64,000 nt of DNA from Acutalibacteraceae bacterium (GTDB taxonomy: Bacteria; Bacillota; Clostridia; Oscillospirales; Acutalibacteraceae). This document shows, one piece after another, positions 8,746 through 18,001 of this stretch (the stretch's first letter is position 1; each line of letters opens with the position of its first letter). The stretch lies in NCBI GenBank assembly GCA_045646245.1, contig JAZRKJ010000086.1, positions 9,874 through 73,873 on the forward strand. Reading direction: 5' to 3'. Below the pieces are notes generated by a model, which did no database searches, was not told the DNA's origin, and worked only from the letters and a program-made list of their open reading frames with translations. Both the position numbers and the translations under genes were made by a program.

Positions 8746-10552
8746 AGTAATTATAAATATTCATTGCCGTTTTCTTATCAATTCCCGAAACCTTCGACAG
8801 CTCTTCCACCGAAGCTCCCTTAATGTTTTTAAGGGATTTAAAGTGCTTAAACAAGGCGGCGACTCTTTTTTCCCCTACGCCTTCAATGCCGAGCAGTTCG
8901 CTTTTGGTCATAGAAGAAGAACGGCGCTTTTTGTGGTAGGTAATTGCAAAACGGTGGGTTTCGTCCTGAATTCCGGTAACCAGAATAAAGGCGCTTTTAG
9001 TGGGTTTAATTGCAATATCACCGCATTTGTCGGTAACGGCGCGTGTACGGTGCTTTGAGTCTTTGACCATACCGAAAACAGGAATATTAAGCCCGAAGCT
9101 CTTCATAACAGGCTCTACCGCCGACATCTGACCTTTACCGCCGTCAAGCAAAATAAGGTCGGGCAGGGTTTTGAAGGCGGGGTCGTTTCCTTCTTTATAT
9201 TCGTTAAAGCGGCGGGTAAGCACCTCTGCCATAGAACGGTAATCGTCCTGCCCCGTAAAGCCCTTTATTTTAAATTTACGGTAGTTTTCCTTAAAGGGAC
9301 GTCCGTCCTTAAACACCACCATAGCGGCGACGTTTTCGCTGCCTGAGGTGTTGGAAATATCGTAAGACTCAATATATTCCGGCGCCCTTTCAAGCCCTAA
9401 AAGCTCACCCAGCTCGTTTAAGGCAACCGTTTCCCTTCCCGTTCTTTCAATACGCTTTGAAAGGGTTTCGGCAGCGTTTTTAAAGCACATATCAACCGTC
9501 TTTTTCTGCTGTCCTTTTTGGGGAACGGTTATTTTAATGCTGTGCCCCGACTGTTTTATTAAAAATTCCTCCAAAAGCAAAGAGCTTTCGGGCAGCTCGT
9601 CAATTATAATACTTTCGGGAATATCGTTTTCACCTGAATAAAACCGCATTAAAAATTCACCGTATAGCTGCGCCTTTTGGGGAGCGTCTTCAAAAATGAA
9701 ATGCTGCTGGTCGCACAAACGGGACTCTCGGAACTTTAGCGTATGAATACAAATTAAATTTCCCGCAACGGCAGAAGCAAAAACGTCCTGATTTTTGTGG
9801 GAAGAAGAAATAACCTTTTGACGTTCCTTTATTTTTCTTACCGCTTCAATTCGGTCACGAAGCCGTGCAGCAAATTCAAAGTCAAGGTTTTCGGCGGCTT
9901 CCTCCATTTTCTTTTTAAGAAGTAAAATATCCTCTTCACCGTAGCCGCCGTTTTTAATAAAGCTGACGGCGGAATCAACCGCTTCCAGATATTCACTAAG
10001 GCTTACGTTACCGTTACAGGGGCCGCAACACCTGCCTATGTGGTAGTTAAGGCAGGGCTTACTTTTTTTGTCAAAGGAACGGTTGCAGTCGGGAAGACGA
10101 AAAACCTTTAACGCTTGGTCAACGGCGTTTTTAACAATATTCCCCGAATGGTACGGGCCTAAATATTTACCGTCCTCATCCTTTTGCTTGACCCAAAGAA
10201 TTTTCTTCCATTTATCGTTTGTAATTTTAACGTAGTGGTAGCCTTTATCGTCTTTAAGAAGAATGTTATATTTAGGCTGATGTTGCTTTATAAGGGAATT
10301 TTCAAGGATTAAGGCTTCAAATTCGCTGTCACAAAGTATATAGTCAAAATCATTTACGTTTTCAACCATTTTTCTTACCTTTTGTCCGTGGTTGGTTTCG
10401 GAGCCGAAATACTGAGTAACACGGTTTTTAAGGGCTTTGGCTTTTCCCACGTAAATAACCTTCCCCGTTTTGTCCTTCATAATATAAACACCTGGAGTAA
10501 GGGGTAATTTATTTGCTTTGCGTTTTAAAGCGGCTTTGTTTTCCTTGAGCAT
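8735..10552 (-). CDS. uvrC: Excinuclease ABC subunit C
   Basis: The GIY-YIG N-terminus is PGVYIMKDKTGKVIYVGKAKALKNRVTQYF, and a C-terminal helix-hairpin-helix region is present (LLGIEGVGEKRVAALFKHF). The start is taken at ATG 10552 (MLKENKAALK). The longer track ORF to 10690 adds an implausible low-complexity extension. Confidence 0.92.
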   Translation of the reverse strand: MLKENKAALKRKANKLPLTPGVYIMKDKTGKVIYVGKAKALKNRVTQYFGSETNHGQKVRKMVENVNDFDYILCDSEFEALILENSLIKQHQPKYNILLKDDKGYHYVKITNDKWKKILWVKQKDEDGKYLGPYHSGNIVKNAVDQALKVFRLPDCNRSFDKKSKPCLNYHIGRCCGPCNGNVSLSEYLEAVDSAVSFIKNGGYGEEDILLLKKKMEEAAENLDFEFAARLRDRIEAVRKIKERQKVISSSHKNQDVFASAVAGNLICIHTLKFRESRLCDQQHFIFEDAPQKAQLYGEFLMRFYSGENDIPESIIIDELPESSLLLEEFLIKQSGHSIKITVPQKGQQKKTVDMCFKNAAETLSKRIERTGRETVALNELGELLGLERAPEYIESYDISNTSGSENVAAMVVFKDGRPFKENYRKFKIKGFTGQDDYRSMAEVLTRRFNEYKEGNDPAFKTLPDLILLDGGKGQMSAVEPVMKSFGLNIPVFGMVKDSKHRTRAVTDKCGDIAIKPTKSAFILVTGIQDETHRFAITYHKKRRSSSMTKSELLGIEGVGEKRVAALFKHFKSLKNIKGASVEELSKVSGIDKKTAMNIYNYFKK

Positions 10553-10669
10553 ATATAACACCTGCCTTTGCTTATTTATTGTAATATTTTCTTTTTTCTT
10601 TTTCAAGTGTTGATTTTTTCCGAAAAAAAGTTTAAAATTAAAGGAGAAAAAAAGTAAAGGATTAAAAAT

Positions 10670-11380
10670 ATGTTCCTTATTAAATGCCACGACTTATCCA
10701 TTGGTTATAACGACCGCACCGTACTTAAAAACCTTAATTTTTCTATTGGCGAAAATGATTATCTTTGTATTATAGGTGAAAACGGCAGCGGTAAAAGCAC
10801 CCTTATTAAAAGTATTTTAAAGCTGCAAAAGCCGTTATCGGGTAAAATTGAATACAGTCCGCACCTGAAAGCCAACGAAATCGGTTACCTTCCCCAGCAA
10901 AGCAGTATTCAGCGTGACTTTCCCGCAGGAGTGGAGGAAATTGTTCTTTCGGGTTGTATCAACCGCCTTGGCTTCCGTCCTTTTTACAGCGCAAAAAACC
11001 GTAAAAAAGCCCGTCATAATATGGAGCTTATGAAAATTGATAACCTAAAAAACGAAAGCTATCAGAATTTATCGGGCGGTCAGCAACAGCGTGTGCTTCT
11101 TGCAAGAGCCCTTACCTCAAGCAGTAAAGCCCTGCTCCTTGACGAGCCTGTTACGGGGCTTGACCCAAAAGCCGCTTCGGATATGTATTCGCTTATTGAA
11201 ACCATCAATAAGGAATACCGTATAGCCGTGATTATGGTTTCCCACGATATTAACGCCGCTTTTAAGTACGCCACTCACATTTTGCACCTTTCCTCAACAG
11301 GGGTGTTTTTCGGCACCACCGAGGAATATAAAAACAGCGACTTCCACAAAAGATTTTACGGAGGCGGAATTTATGACTGA
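10670..11380 (+). CDS. ABC transporter ATP-binding protein, metal (Zn/Mn) importer type
   Basis: It has Walker A GENGSGKST, the signature LSGGQQQRVLLARAL and Walker B LLLDEP. It is paired with an ABC-3 type permease downstream. Confidence 0.8.
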   Translation: MFLIKCHDLSIGYNDRTVLKNLNFSIGENDYLCIIGENGSGKSTLIKSILKLQKPLSGKIEYSPHLKANEIGYLPQQSSIQRDFPAGVEEIVLSGCINRLGFRPFYSAKNRKKARHNMELMKIDNLKNESYQNLSGGQQQRVLLARALTSSSKALLLDEPVTGLDPKAASDMYSLIETINKEYRIAVIMVSHDINAAFKYATHILHLSSTGVFFGTTEEYKNSDFHKRFYGGGIYD

Positions 11381-12206
11381 GTTTTTTGAATTTTTTTCCT
11401 ACTCCTTTATTCAGCGTGCTTTGGTTGTGGGTGTGCTTATTTCCCTTTGTTCTTCCCTTCTTGGGGTAAGCTTAGTGCTTAAACGGTACTCTTTAATAGG
11501 CGACGGACTTTCCCACGTTGGCTTCGGGGCGCTTGCCCTTGCCGCCGCTTTGGGGCTGACTCCCCTTTACGTTGCAGTACCCGTTGTGGTTATAGCGGCT
11601 GTCTTCCTTTTAAGGCTGACTTCCTTTAGCCGCATTAAGGGGGACAGTCTTATTGCCGTAATTTCTACTTCTGCTTTGGCTATAGGCGTTATAATTGTTT
11701 CCAAAAACGGCACCAATACCGACCTTTCTAATTATATGTTCGGCAGTATTTTATCCATCAGCAAAGCCGACGCTTATTTAAGCGTGATTTTATCGGTAAT
11801 TATAGCCTTGCTTTATATACTGTTTTTCCACCGGATTTTTGCCGTTACATTTGATGAAGACTTTGCAAGAGCAACCGGCACCAAGGTTTCACTTTTCAAC
11901 ACCCTGCTTGCCGTTTTAACGGCGGTAACGGTGGTTATAGGTATGCGAATGATGGGCGCGTTACTTGTTTCAAGCCTTATAATTTTCCCGCCCCTTTCGG
12001 CAATAAGACTTTGCAAAACCTTTAAAGGGGTTGCAATTGTTTCCGCCTTTATTTCGGTTATTTCTTTCCTTATTGGATTGTTCCTTTCCTATACCCTTTC
12101 CTTCCCGACGGGGGCAACAATAGTGGTAACCGGCTTATGCCTTATGATTTTATCCTTTATCATAAGCAAAATAAAAGACTTTATAAAAAGAAATACGGCT
12201 CGATAA
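11373..12206 (+). CDS. ABC-3 family metal transporter permease (ZnuB/MntC-like)
   Basis: This is a 277-aa polytopic membrane protein. It overlaps the ATPase gene by 8 nt, and the sequence style is typical of ABC-3 permeases. Confidence 0.72.
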   Translation: MTEFFEFFSYSFIQRALVVGVLISLCSSLLGVSLVLKRYSLIGDGLSHVGFGALALAAALGLTPLYVAVPVVVIAAVFLLRLTSFSRIKGDSLIAVISTSALAIGVIIVSKNGTNTDLSNYMFGSILSISKADAYLSVILSVIIALLYILFFHRIFAVTFDEDFARATGTKVSLFNTLLAVLTAVTVVIGMRMMGALLVSSLIIFPPLSAIRLCKTFKGVAIVSAFISVISFLIGLFLSYTLSFPTGATIVVTGLCLMILSFIISKIKDFIKRNTAR

Positions 12207-12267
12207 CAGAGCCTTTTCTTTTTATTTTTTCCGTGTATATTGACACGGGATAAGGTGAGTTTTATAT

Positions 12268-12287
12268 TTTAAAGTACAAACTTTAAA
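12268..12287 (+). promoter_or_regulatory. Perfect 8-4-8 palindrome, a candidate operator for the downstream LacI-family regulator
   Basis: TTTAAAGT-ACAA-ACTTTAAA ends 4 nt before the GAGGTG RBS of the GH116 gene. Confidence 0.35.
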
Positions 12288-12298
12288 GAGGTGCTTTT

Positions 12299-14812
12299 AT
12301 GATTTACAAAGGAAAATACACAAACGAAATATCCTTTCCTTTAGGCGGTATAGGTTCAGGCTCTGTTGGTCTTACGGGAAACGGCGTACTTCGTGATTTT
12401 GAAATATTCAACAAACCCGCCAAAGGCAGTTATATGGGCTACACCCATTTTGCAGTAAAGGCTAAAACCAAAAACGGCGTTATTACAAAAGTATTAAACG
12501 GTGACCGTAACACCCAGCTTTCCCCCTTAAACGGAACGGGTGTTGAAGGCTCTGCAATGAGCGGCTTCCCCCACTTTAAAAACCATATTTTCAAAGGCGA
12601 ATTTCCCGTTGCCGAAATTTTATTTTCCGACGATAACTTCCCTGCCCATATTAAGCTTTCAGCCTTTAACCCCTTTATTCCTCTGGATGAAGATAATTCT
12701 TCAATACCCGCCGCTTTTTTCGAAATAGAAATTACAAATAAAAGCGACGAAGAAATAGAATTCCAAACGGCGTTTTCGCTTCAGAACCCTTACGACGACG
12801 GCGTTAACGAAGCTTCGGTTACAGAGGGTGTAAGAATACTTACTTTAAAGAGCAAGCTTCCCCCCGAGCCCGACCAAAACCGAGGAGATATTTCGGTTAT
12901 AACCGACAGTGATAACAGTTTTTCACAAACCTATTGGTACCGAGGCGGCTGGCAGGACGGTATTGTTACTTTCTGGAATAATTTTAACAGCGAAACAGAC
13001 GCAGAAGAACGCATTTACGACTGTGTACGGGGTCAGGAGCACCCTTGCCGTGACCACGGTTCCCTTTTTGCAAAAAGGGTAATTAAGTCAGGGGAAAGCA
13101 AAACCGTCCGTTATATTCTTACCTGGAACAACCCCGTAAACAGAAGCTACGGACACTTCGGCAAAGAAAATGAAAACGGCAGTAAAATATGGTTTAAAAA
13201 CTATTACGCCGTTCTTTGGAAAGATTCGGTTGAAAGCGCGTTATACAGTTTTAAAAACTATGATACTCTCAAAGCAAAAACCCTTGCTTTCAAAGAAGCC
13301 CTTTTCTCCCAGAGCCTCGATAAATCGGTTATAGATGCCGTTTCTTCCACACTTTCGGTTTTAAAATCCCCTACCGTTTTACGTTTTGAAGACGGTTCCT
13401 TCCACGGCTGGGAGGGTGTATTTTCTTCGAAAGGTTCTTGCGAAGGCACCTGCCAACACGTTTATAACTACGCTTACGCCCTTTGTTTTCTTTTCCCCAA
13501 CCTTGAAAGAGGTCTTCGCCATAACGAATTCGTTTACTCTACCGAAGACAGCGGACTTTCCCACTTCCGAATGCTTTTGCCCCTTGGAATTTCAAAGGGT
13601 TATACCCGCCCCTGTCTTGACGGCAAAATGGGTATGGTTATAAAATCCTACCGTGAATGGAAAATAAGCGGTGACGATAACTGGCTTAAAGAACATTGGG
13701 AATATATTAAACGTGCAGTTGACTTTGCAAGAAGCAAGGAAAACTACGATAAATGGGACTTCGACGGTGACGGCGTTCTGGAGGGCAGACAGCACCACAC
13801 CCTTGATATGGAACTTTTCGGGCCGTCTTCCTGGCTTGAAGGTATGTACCTTGCCGCTCTTAAAGCCGCAGGTGAAATGGCAGAATACCTTGGTGATTAT
13901 AAAGCGAAGAAAACTTATAATAAACTCTTTAAAAACGGTAAGAAGTGGTCGGAAGAAAACCTTTTCAACGGCAGATATTTTATTCAGAAAATCGACCTTA
14001 AGGATAAAGAAACCGTAATGCGTTTTGACGCAAAAAAGTATTGGAACGAAGAAACAGGAGAAATTAAGTACCAGATAGGCGAAGGCTCCTCCATTGACCA
14101 ATTACTCGGTCAGTGGCACGCCGACTTACTTTCCCTTGGTGATTTGTTTTCCAAAAAGCAGATTAAAACCGCCCTTTCAAGTATGATGGAAATAAACTTT
14201 ATACCGTCCCTTCGTGAATTTGCAAACCCCTGGAGAGTCTTTGCTTTAAACGACGAAGGCGGTACCGTTATTTGCAATTACCATAAAGATTCCCAAAAGC
14301 CGCTTATCCCCGTTCCCTACTGTGAAGAGCTTATGACCGGCTTTGAATATTCCTTTGCAGGGGAACTTATTATGAGGGGTAAGGTACAAGACGGTTTAAA
14401 GGTAATTAAAGCCATACGCAACCGTTACGACGGCTTTAAACGCAATCCTTATAACGAAATTGAATGTGGCAACAATTACGTTCGTCCTTTGGCGTCCTTT
14501 GCCCTTATTAACGCCTTTTCGGGCTTTGATTTCCACCTGCCCAAAGGGTATATAAAGTTTGCTCCCAAAGTTAAAAAGAATAATTTTAAGTGTATCTGGA
14601 GTCTTGGAACGGGCTGGGGCGAATTTTTGAAAAATGAAAATACAGCCACACTGAAAGTTAAAGACGGCAGTATAAAGCTTTCGGCTTTCGGCAGTTCTCT
14701 TAAAAACGTAAAAGAAGTTTATATTGACTCAAAAAAGGTTGACTTTACCGAAAAGAACGGTTTTGTATATTTTAAAGAAACCGAAATAAAAGAAGGAATA
14801 ACCATAAAATGA
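12299..14812 (+). CDS. GH116 family glycoside hydrolase (GBA2-type beta-glucosidase-like)
   Basis: The N-terminal block ISFPLGGIGSGSVGLTGNGVLRDFEIFNKP is characteristic of the GH116 N domain. The C-terminal (alpha/alpha)6-type blocks are GRQHHTLDMELFGPSSWLEGMYLAALKA and DQLLGQWHADL. Confidence 0.8.
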   Translation: MIYKGKYTNEISFPLGGIGSGSVGLTGNGVLRDFEIFNKPAKGSYMGYTHFAVKAKTKNGVITKVLNGDRNTQLSPLNGTGVEGSAMSGFPHFKNHIFKGEFPVAEILFSDDNFPAHIKLSAFNPFIPLDEDNSSIPAAFFEIEITNKSDEEIEFQTAFSLQNPYDDGVNEASVTEGVRILTLKSKLPPEPDQNRGDISVITDSDNSFSQTYWYRGGWQDGIVTFWNNFNSETDAEERIYDCVRGQEHPCRDHGSLFAKRVIKSGESKTVRYILTWNNPVNRSYGHFGKENENGSKIWFKNYYAVLWKDSVESALYSFKNYDTLKAKTLAFKEALFSQSLDKSVIDAVSSTLSVLKSPTVLRFEDGSFHGWEGVFSSKGSCEGTCQHVYNYAYALCFLFPNLERGLRHNEFVYSTEDSGLSHFRMLLPLGISKGYTRPCLDGKMGMVIKSYREWKISGDDNWLKEHWEYIKRAVDFARSKENYDKWDFDGDGVLEGRQHHTLDMELFGPSSWLEGMYLAALKAAGEMAEYLGDYKAKKTYNKLFKNGKKWSEENLFNGRYFIQKIDLKDKETVMRFDAKKYWNEETGEIKYQIGEGSSIDQLLGQWHADLLSLGDLFSKKQIKTALSSMMEINFIPSLREFANPWRVFALNDEGGTVICNYHKDSQKPLIPVPYCEELMTGFEYSFAGELIMRGKVQDGLKVIKAIRNRYDGFKRNPYNEIECGNNYVRPLASFALINAFSGFDFHLPKGYIKFAPKVKKNNFKCIWSLGTGWGEFLKNENTATLKVKDGSIKLSAFGSSLKNVKEVYIDSKKVDFTEKNGFVYFKETEIKEGITIK

Positions 14813-15711
14813 ATCATTTAAGGATAACTCAAAACGAACTTGCCGCATTATGCGATGTATCCCAGGGTACTGTTGACCGAGCCCTTAACGACAGAGGCGA
14901 AATAAGTAAGGCTACCAAAGAACGAATTCTGGCAACAGCCAAGAAGTACGGTTTCCGCCCATCAAAAGGCAATTCCAAAAGCGAAAGAACCAAGAATATC
15001 GGCTTAATACTTTTCGACCTTAATAATGAATTTTTTGCAGAACTTATAACCGAAATAGAACTTTCCGCCGCAAAGGAAGGTTATCTTATTACGGTTATGT
15101 TCACCCACTATAGCGAAGAAAGAGAAAACGAGTGTATCAGAAGGCTTTATTCTTCCGGAGTAGACGCCATTATTATTTCATCTGTTCAGAACAGTAATGA
15201 GTTTATTACCTTTTTAGGGCAACTGGATATTCCCGTAATTGCTTTAGGCAATAAAATAGAGGGCGTTCCCTTTGTGGGAGCCGACGATTTCAAGGCTATG
15301 TTCGACCTTACAAAATACGTTTCCGAAAGGTACTGCAATATAGTTTACTATAGCCCTGCTTTGGTTTATGAAAACGCCTTTGCCCAGAAGTTACGTTACG
15401 ACGGTTTTAAAGAAGCCGTAAAGGGGAAAGACTATACTTTGGTAACAAAGGCAGAAGAACTGAAAGAAGGTTATAAAAAAGGTACGGCTGTTATTTGTTC
15501 CACCGACCTTTACGCTATGTATACGCTGACACACGTTAAGTGCGACGCCGTTTTCGGCTTTGATAATATAAGAATTCTGGAACGGTTAAAGCTTCCTGTT
15601 TCGTCGGTTTACGTTGATACAAAAGCCGTTGCCGAAAAAACAATTGAACTAATTAAAACGGGGGAAAAGAAAGAAATAATTATCCCCCATAAATTCGCAA
15701 TAAGAAAATAG
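14809..15711 (+). CDS. LacI-family transcriptional regulator
   Basis: The N-terminal HTH is ITQNELAALCDVSQGTVDRALNDRGEISKATKERILATAKKYGFRP, followed by a periplasmic-binding-protein-like sugar domain. It overlaps the GH116 stop by 4 nt. Confidence 0.85.
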   Translation: MNHLRITQNELAALCDVSQGTVDRALNDRGEISKATKERILATAKKYGFRPSKGNSKSERTKNIGLILFDLNNEFFAELITEIELSAAKEGYLITVMFTHYSEERENECIRRLYSSGVDAIIISSVQNSNEFITFLGQLDIPVIALGNKIEGVPFVGADDFKAMFDLTKYVSERYCNIVYYSPALVYENAFAQKLRYDGFKEAVKGKDYTLVTKAEELKEGYKKGTAVICSTDLYAMYTLTHVKCDAVFGFDNIRILERLKLPVSSVYVDTKAVAEKTIELIKTGEKKEIIIPHKFAIRK

Positions 15712-15713
15712 TT

Positions 15714-15775
15714 CCCCCCTAAATCCTAAACCCTAAATCCTTTCCCTTTTCCCCTTTCCCCTTTCCCCTTTCCCT
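15714..15775. repeat. C-rich heptamer microsatellite (CCTAAAY x3 followed by TTTCCCC x4)
   Basis: The sequence is cccccctaaatcctaaaccctaaatcctttcccttttcccctttcccctttcccctttccct. The complementary strand has at least 6 G3-6 tracts separated by 3-4-nt loops and contains TTTAGGG units. Confidence 0.9.
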
Positions 15776-15777
15776 AA

Positions 15778-15803
15778 CAAAAAAGAGCCTTTCGGCTCTC
15801 TTT
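15778..15803. terminator. Bidirectional terminator between the LacI gene and the convergent oxidoreductase remnant
   Basis: AGAGCC-tttc-GGCTCT is flanked by A and T runs. Confidence 0.65.
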
Positions 15804-16606
15804 TAGTTCATATATTTATCAACATAATTTTTAGCGTTAATAACCTCTCCGGATATTCTTGAATCCTCGGCTGCAAAAACAAGCAAGTGGTTGTAGCAAG
15901 AAATTCCGATTTCGCTTACATCTTCCTTGGCAAGCTCACCCGTAAGGTATTTATGCAAAGCAAGAACAATGCCTGTATCTCCGCCGCCGTGACCGGAAGT
16001 TATAGAGTCGCCGTTAACGGCAATTTCGCTGTCAAGATAACGGAATTCTTTGGTGGCAAAATCATAAAAACGGAATTGTTGACCGTTAGTTGCTCCCATT
16101 TCACAGTGAAGCATACCCTTGGTACCCATAATATCGCTGTATCTGCCGCCCTTGGTAAAAGCGCACATAGTAAGGAGAACTGTGGATTTATCATTAAATT
16201 CCATATTAACGGTTTGATGGTCAACAACGTCGTTGTCGCATTTGAATACACACTTACCGTATTGGGTATTCTTCATTGCATTCATAACGTCCTCATCGGT
16301 GGGATTAACCATCTTGGTGGAAGTAGTTCTGAACCAGCCGTTTTTCCTATCCTCATAATAAAGCTTCATAGCATTATAGGGGCAAGTATCAGCTTCGGGG
16401 CAGCCTTCATAGCATCTTTCAGGAGCACCCTTCGGAGCGTTAGCCTCGGTAAAGTAAGAAAGAGAACCGAAGGATTGAATCTTATCACAGTTTTGACCAA
16501 TGAGCCATTGAAGAATATCTATATCATGACAGCACTTCTGTAAAAGCATAAATGTGGCTCTGCCACTATTGCCCCAGTTACCTCTGACAAAGCTATGGTG
16601 TACCAC
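15803..16606 (-). pseudogene. Gfo/Idh/MocA-family oxidoreductase, C-terminal domain only (5'-truncated remnant)
   Basis: The ORF begins at HSFVRGNWGNSGRATFMLLQKCCHDIDILQWL, a block that lies mid-protein in this family. No Rossmann N-domain is present. The frame is closed immediately upstream by several stops. Confidence 0.7.
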
Positions 16607-17818
16607 GCTTTAGACATCGTATCAACGTCAATTTTATTATCTATAATTTTAGATTCATTGTGACACATAATTACGAAGTAATACTTTTTATCCTTGGACA
16701 GAGATACAGAAACACCGTCATCGGTTTTAGCAAAAATACCGTCGGTATTAAGCTTGTGGTAATTTGATAAATCTTCCTCGCTGATTTCGGCAGTAGTATC
16801 AAGCAAGGTAACCTTATGCTGAGCAGCAAGTATACCCTTAACCGCTTCGTCAAGTACGTCATCGGGAATAATGCCGTCCTTGTAGCATTTAAGAAGTGAT
16901 TCATAGCCTTCCTTGTTTTTATCCCAGATAAGGGCTAAATTGTTGCCGCCGGCTATTGCCATACCACGGCTGCCGTCAATACCGTATTTGGCAATAACGC
17001 CACCCATACAAAGCGCATCGGTAATAGCAAAACCGTCGAAGCCGTATTCTCTGAAAAGGTCCATAGTTTTCGTCGAAAGGCTGGAAGGATGGTCGGGGTC
17101 AAGCACGGGCACTCTGGAATGTCCTGTCATAACACCGTCTAAAAGACCTTTTTTGCAAAGCTCTAAATAAGGATACCAACAGTAATCAATAATCTCCTCT
17201 TTAGTAGCGTCGGAAAAGGTTTCTGCCATATGGCTGTCAATATACTTGTTTTTAATGCTGCCGGCACTTCCTGCGCTTGGGAAATGTTTACCAACGGTAA
17301 GTACACCGCCGTCGTGCATACCTTGCGCTTCAGCGGCGCCGAGTTCTGCTACTCTGTATTTATCCGAGCCCATAGAACGGTTGGTACTAGCGCATAAAGA
17401 GTTACTGTTTACCATATCAAGTACAGGGTTACAAACAACGTTAAAGCCTGCTTTTCTCGCTTTAACAGCAGTAACCTTACCAAAAGCATAAGCGCTCTCA
17501 ACGGTATTACACATACCAATAGCGTTATGCTGACCTATAACCTCTCCCCCCGCCGTATCCAAAGCCGCTTTCGGCATCGGTCATAATAAGAATGGGGTAA
17601 TCGGCGGCTTCTTTAATCCGAGCCATAGTTTCTTCAAACTTATAGTTGGTAGAAACCCAAATTGCACCCAATTTATGCTCTTTTATCATTTGAAGTGCAT
17701 ATTCAATATTGGCTTCGGTAACAGCGTCATCCCAACAGTTATTAACTCTGCCACACATTACCATACCGAGTTTTTGTTCTACGGTAAGGTCTTCAAATTT
17801 TAATTCTTTAATTTCCAT
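16519..17818 (-). pseudogene. GH3 family glycosidase (NagZ/beta-hexosaminidase-like) split by a frameshift, with its 3' end reading into the oxidoreductase remnant
   Basis: The N fragment (17525-17818) ends ILIMTDAESGFGYGGG. The second frame continues EVIGQHNAIGM...GKHFPSAGS...FAITDALCMGG. The switch falls in a C6 run at 17546-17551. The last ~29 codons are an out-of-frame read of the Gfo remnant. Confidence 0.75.
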
Positions 17819-17953
17819 TATCAGTACCTCCTACTGAAGTTTAACGTTATAAGTCAAAGTTCCCTTTGCAGGGTAATTTCCCGCAAGTACGTCTAAGCCT
17901 GCACATCACAAAGTTTTCTTCATAATAACACCCATATTTTAAAAAGTCAATAA

Positions 17954-17994
17954 ATAAAAAAACAAATCCCGTACCTTTTTTCAATGTACGGGAT
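17954..17994 (-). terminator. Rho-independent terminator downstream of the GH89 pseudogene
   Basis: The minus strand reads AATCCCGTAC-attgaaaaaag-GTACGGGATT followed by TGTTTTTTT. Confidence 0.75.
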
Positions 17995-18001
17995 TATGTC
18001 A

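Noticed and set aside
10553-10690. 46-codon N-terminal extension of uvrC, and a possible Zur box in the uvrC/ABC divergent spacer
   Set aside because: The extension (MAFNKEHIFNPLLFFSFNFKLFF...) is a translated AT-rich spacer, and the GIY-YIG domain begins right after M47. I found no palindrome resembling a Zur or MntR operator, so I make no claim about metal regulation.
13592-14101. 169-aa minus-strand ORF inside the GH116 gene
   Set aside because: It lies antisense to a well-supported CDS. It has no RBS or motif.
15714-15775. The heptamer array as a CRISPR array, or as eukaryotic telomere contamination
   Set aside because: The units are 7 nt with no spacers, so this is not a CRISPR array. 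The array is only ~60 bp long and sits between bona fide bacterial genes with their shared terminator, so contamination or chimerism is unlikely.
15887-16543. 218-aa + strand ORF
   Set aside because: It lies antisense to the Gfo/Idh/MocA remnant. It has no motif and shadow-frame composition.
17852-17859. AGTCAAAG upstream of the GH3 gene, matching the core of the TTTTAGTCAA(AG) repeat
   Set aside because: An 8-mer match is expected about once or twice by chance in 128 kb of two-strand sequence. It is not paired with a second copy 21 bp away.
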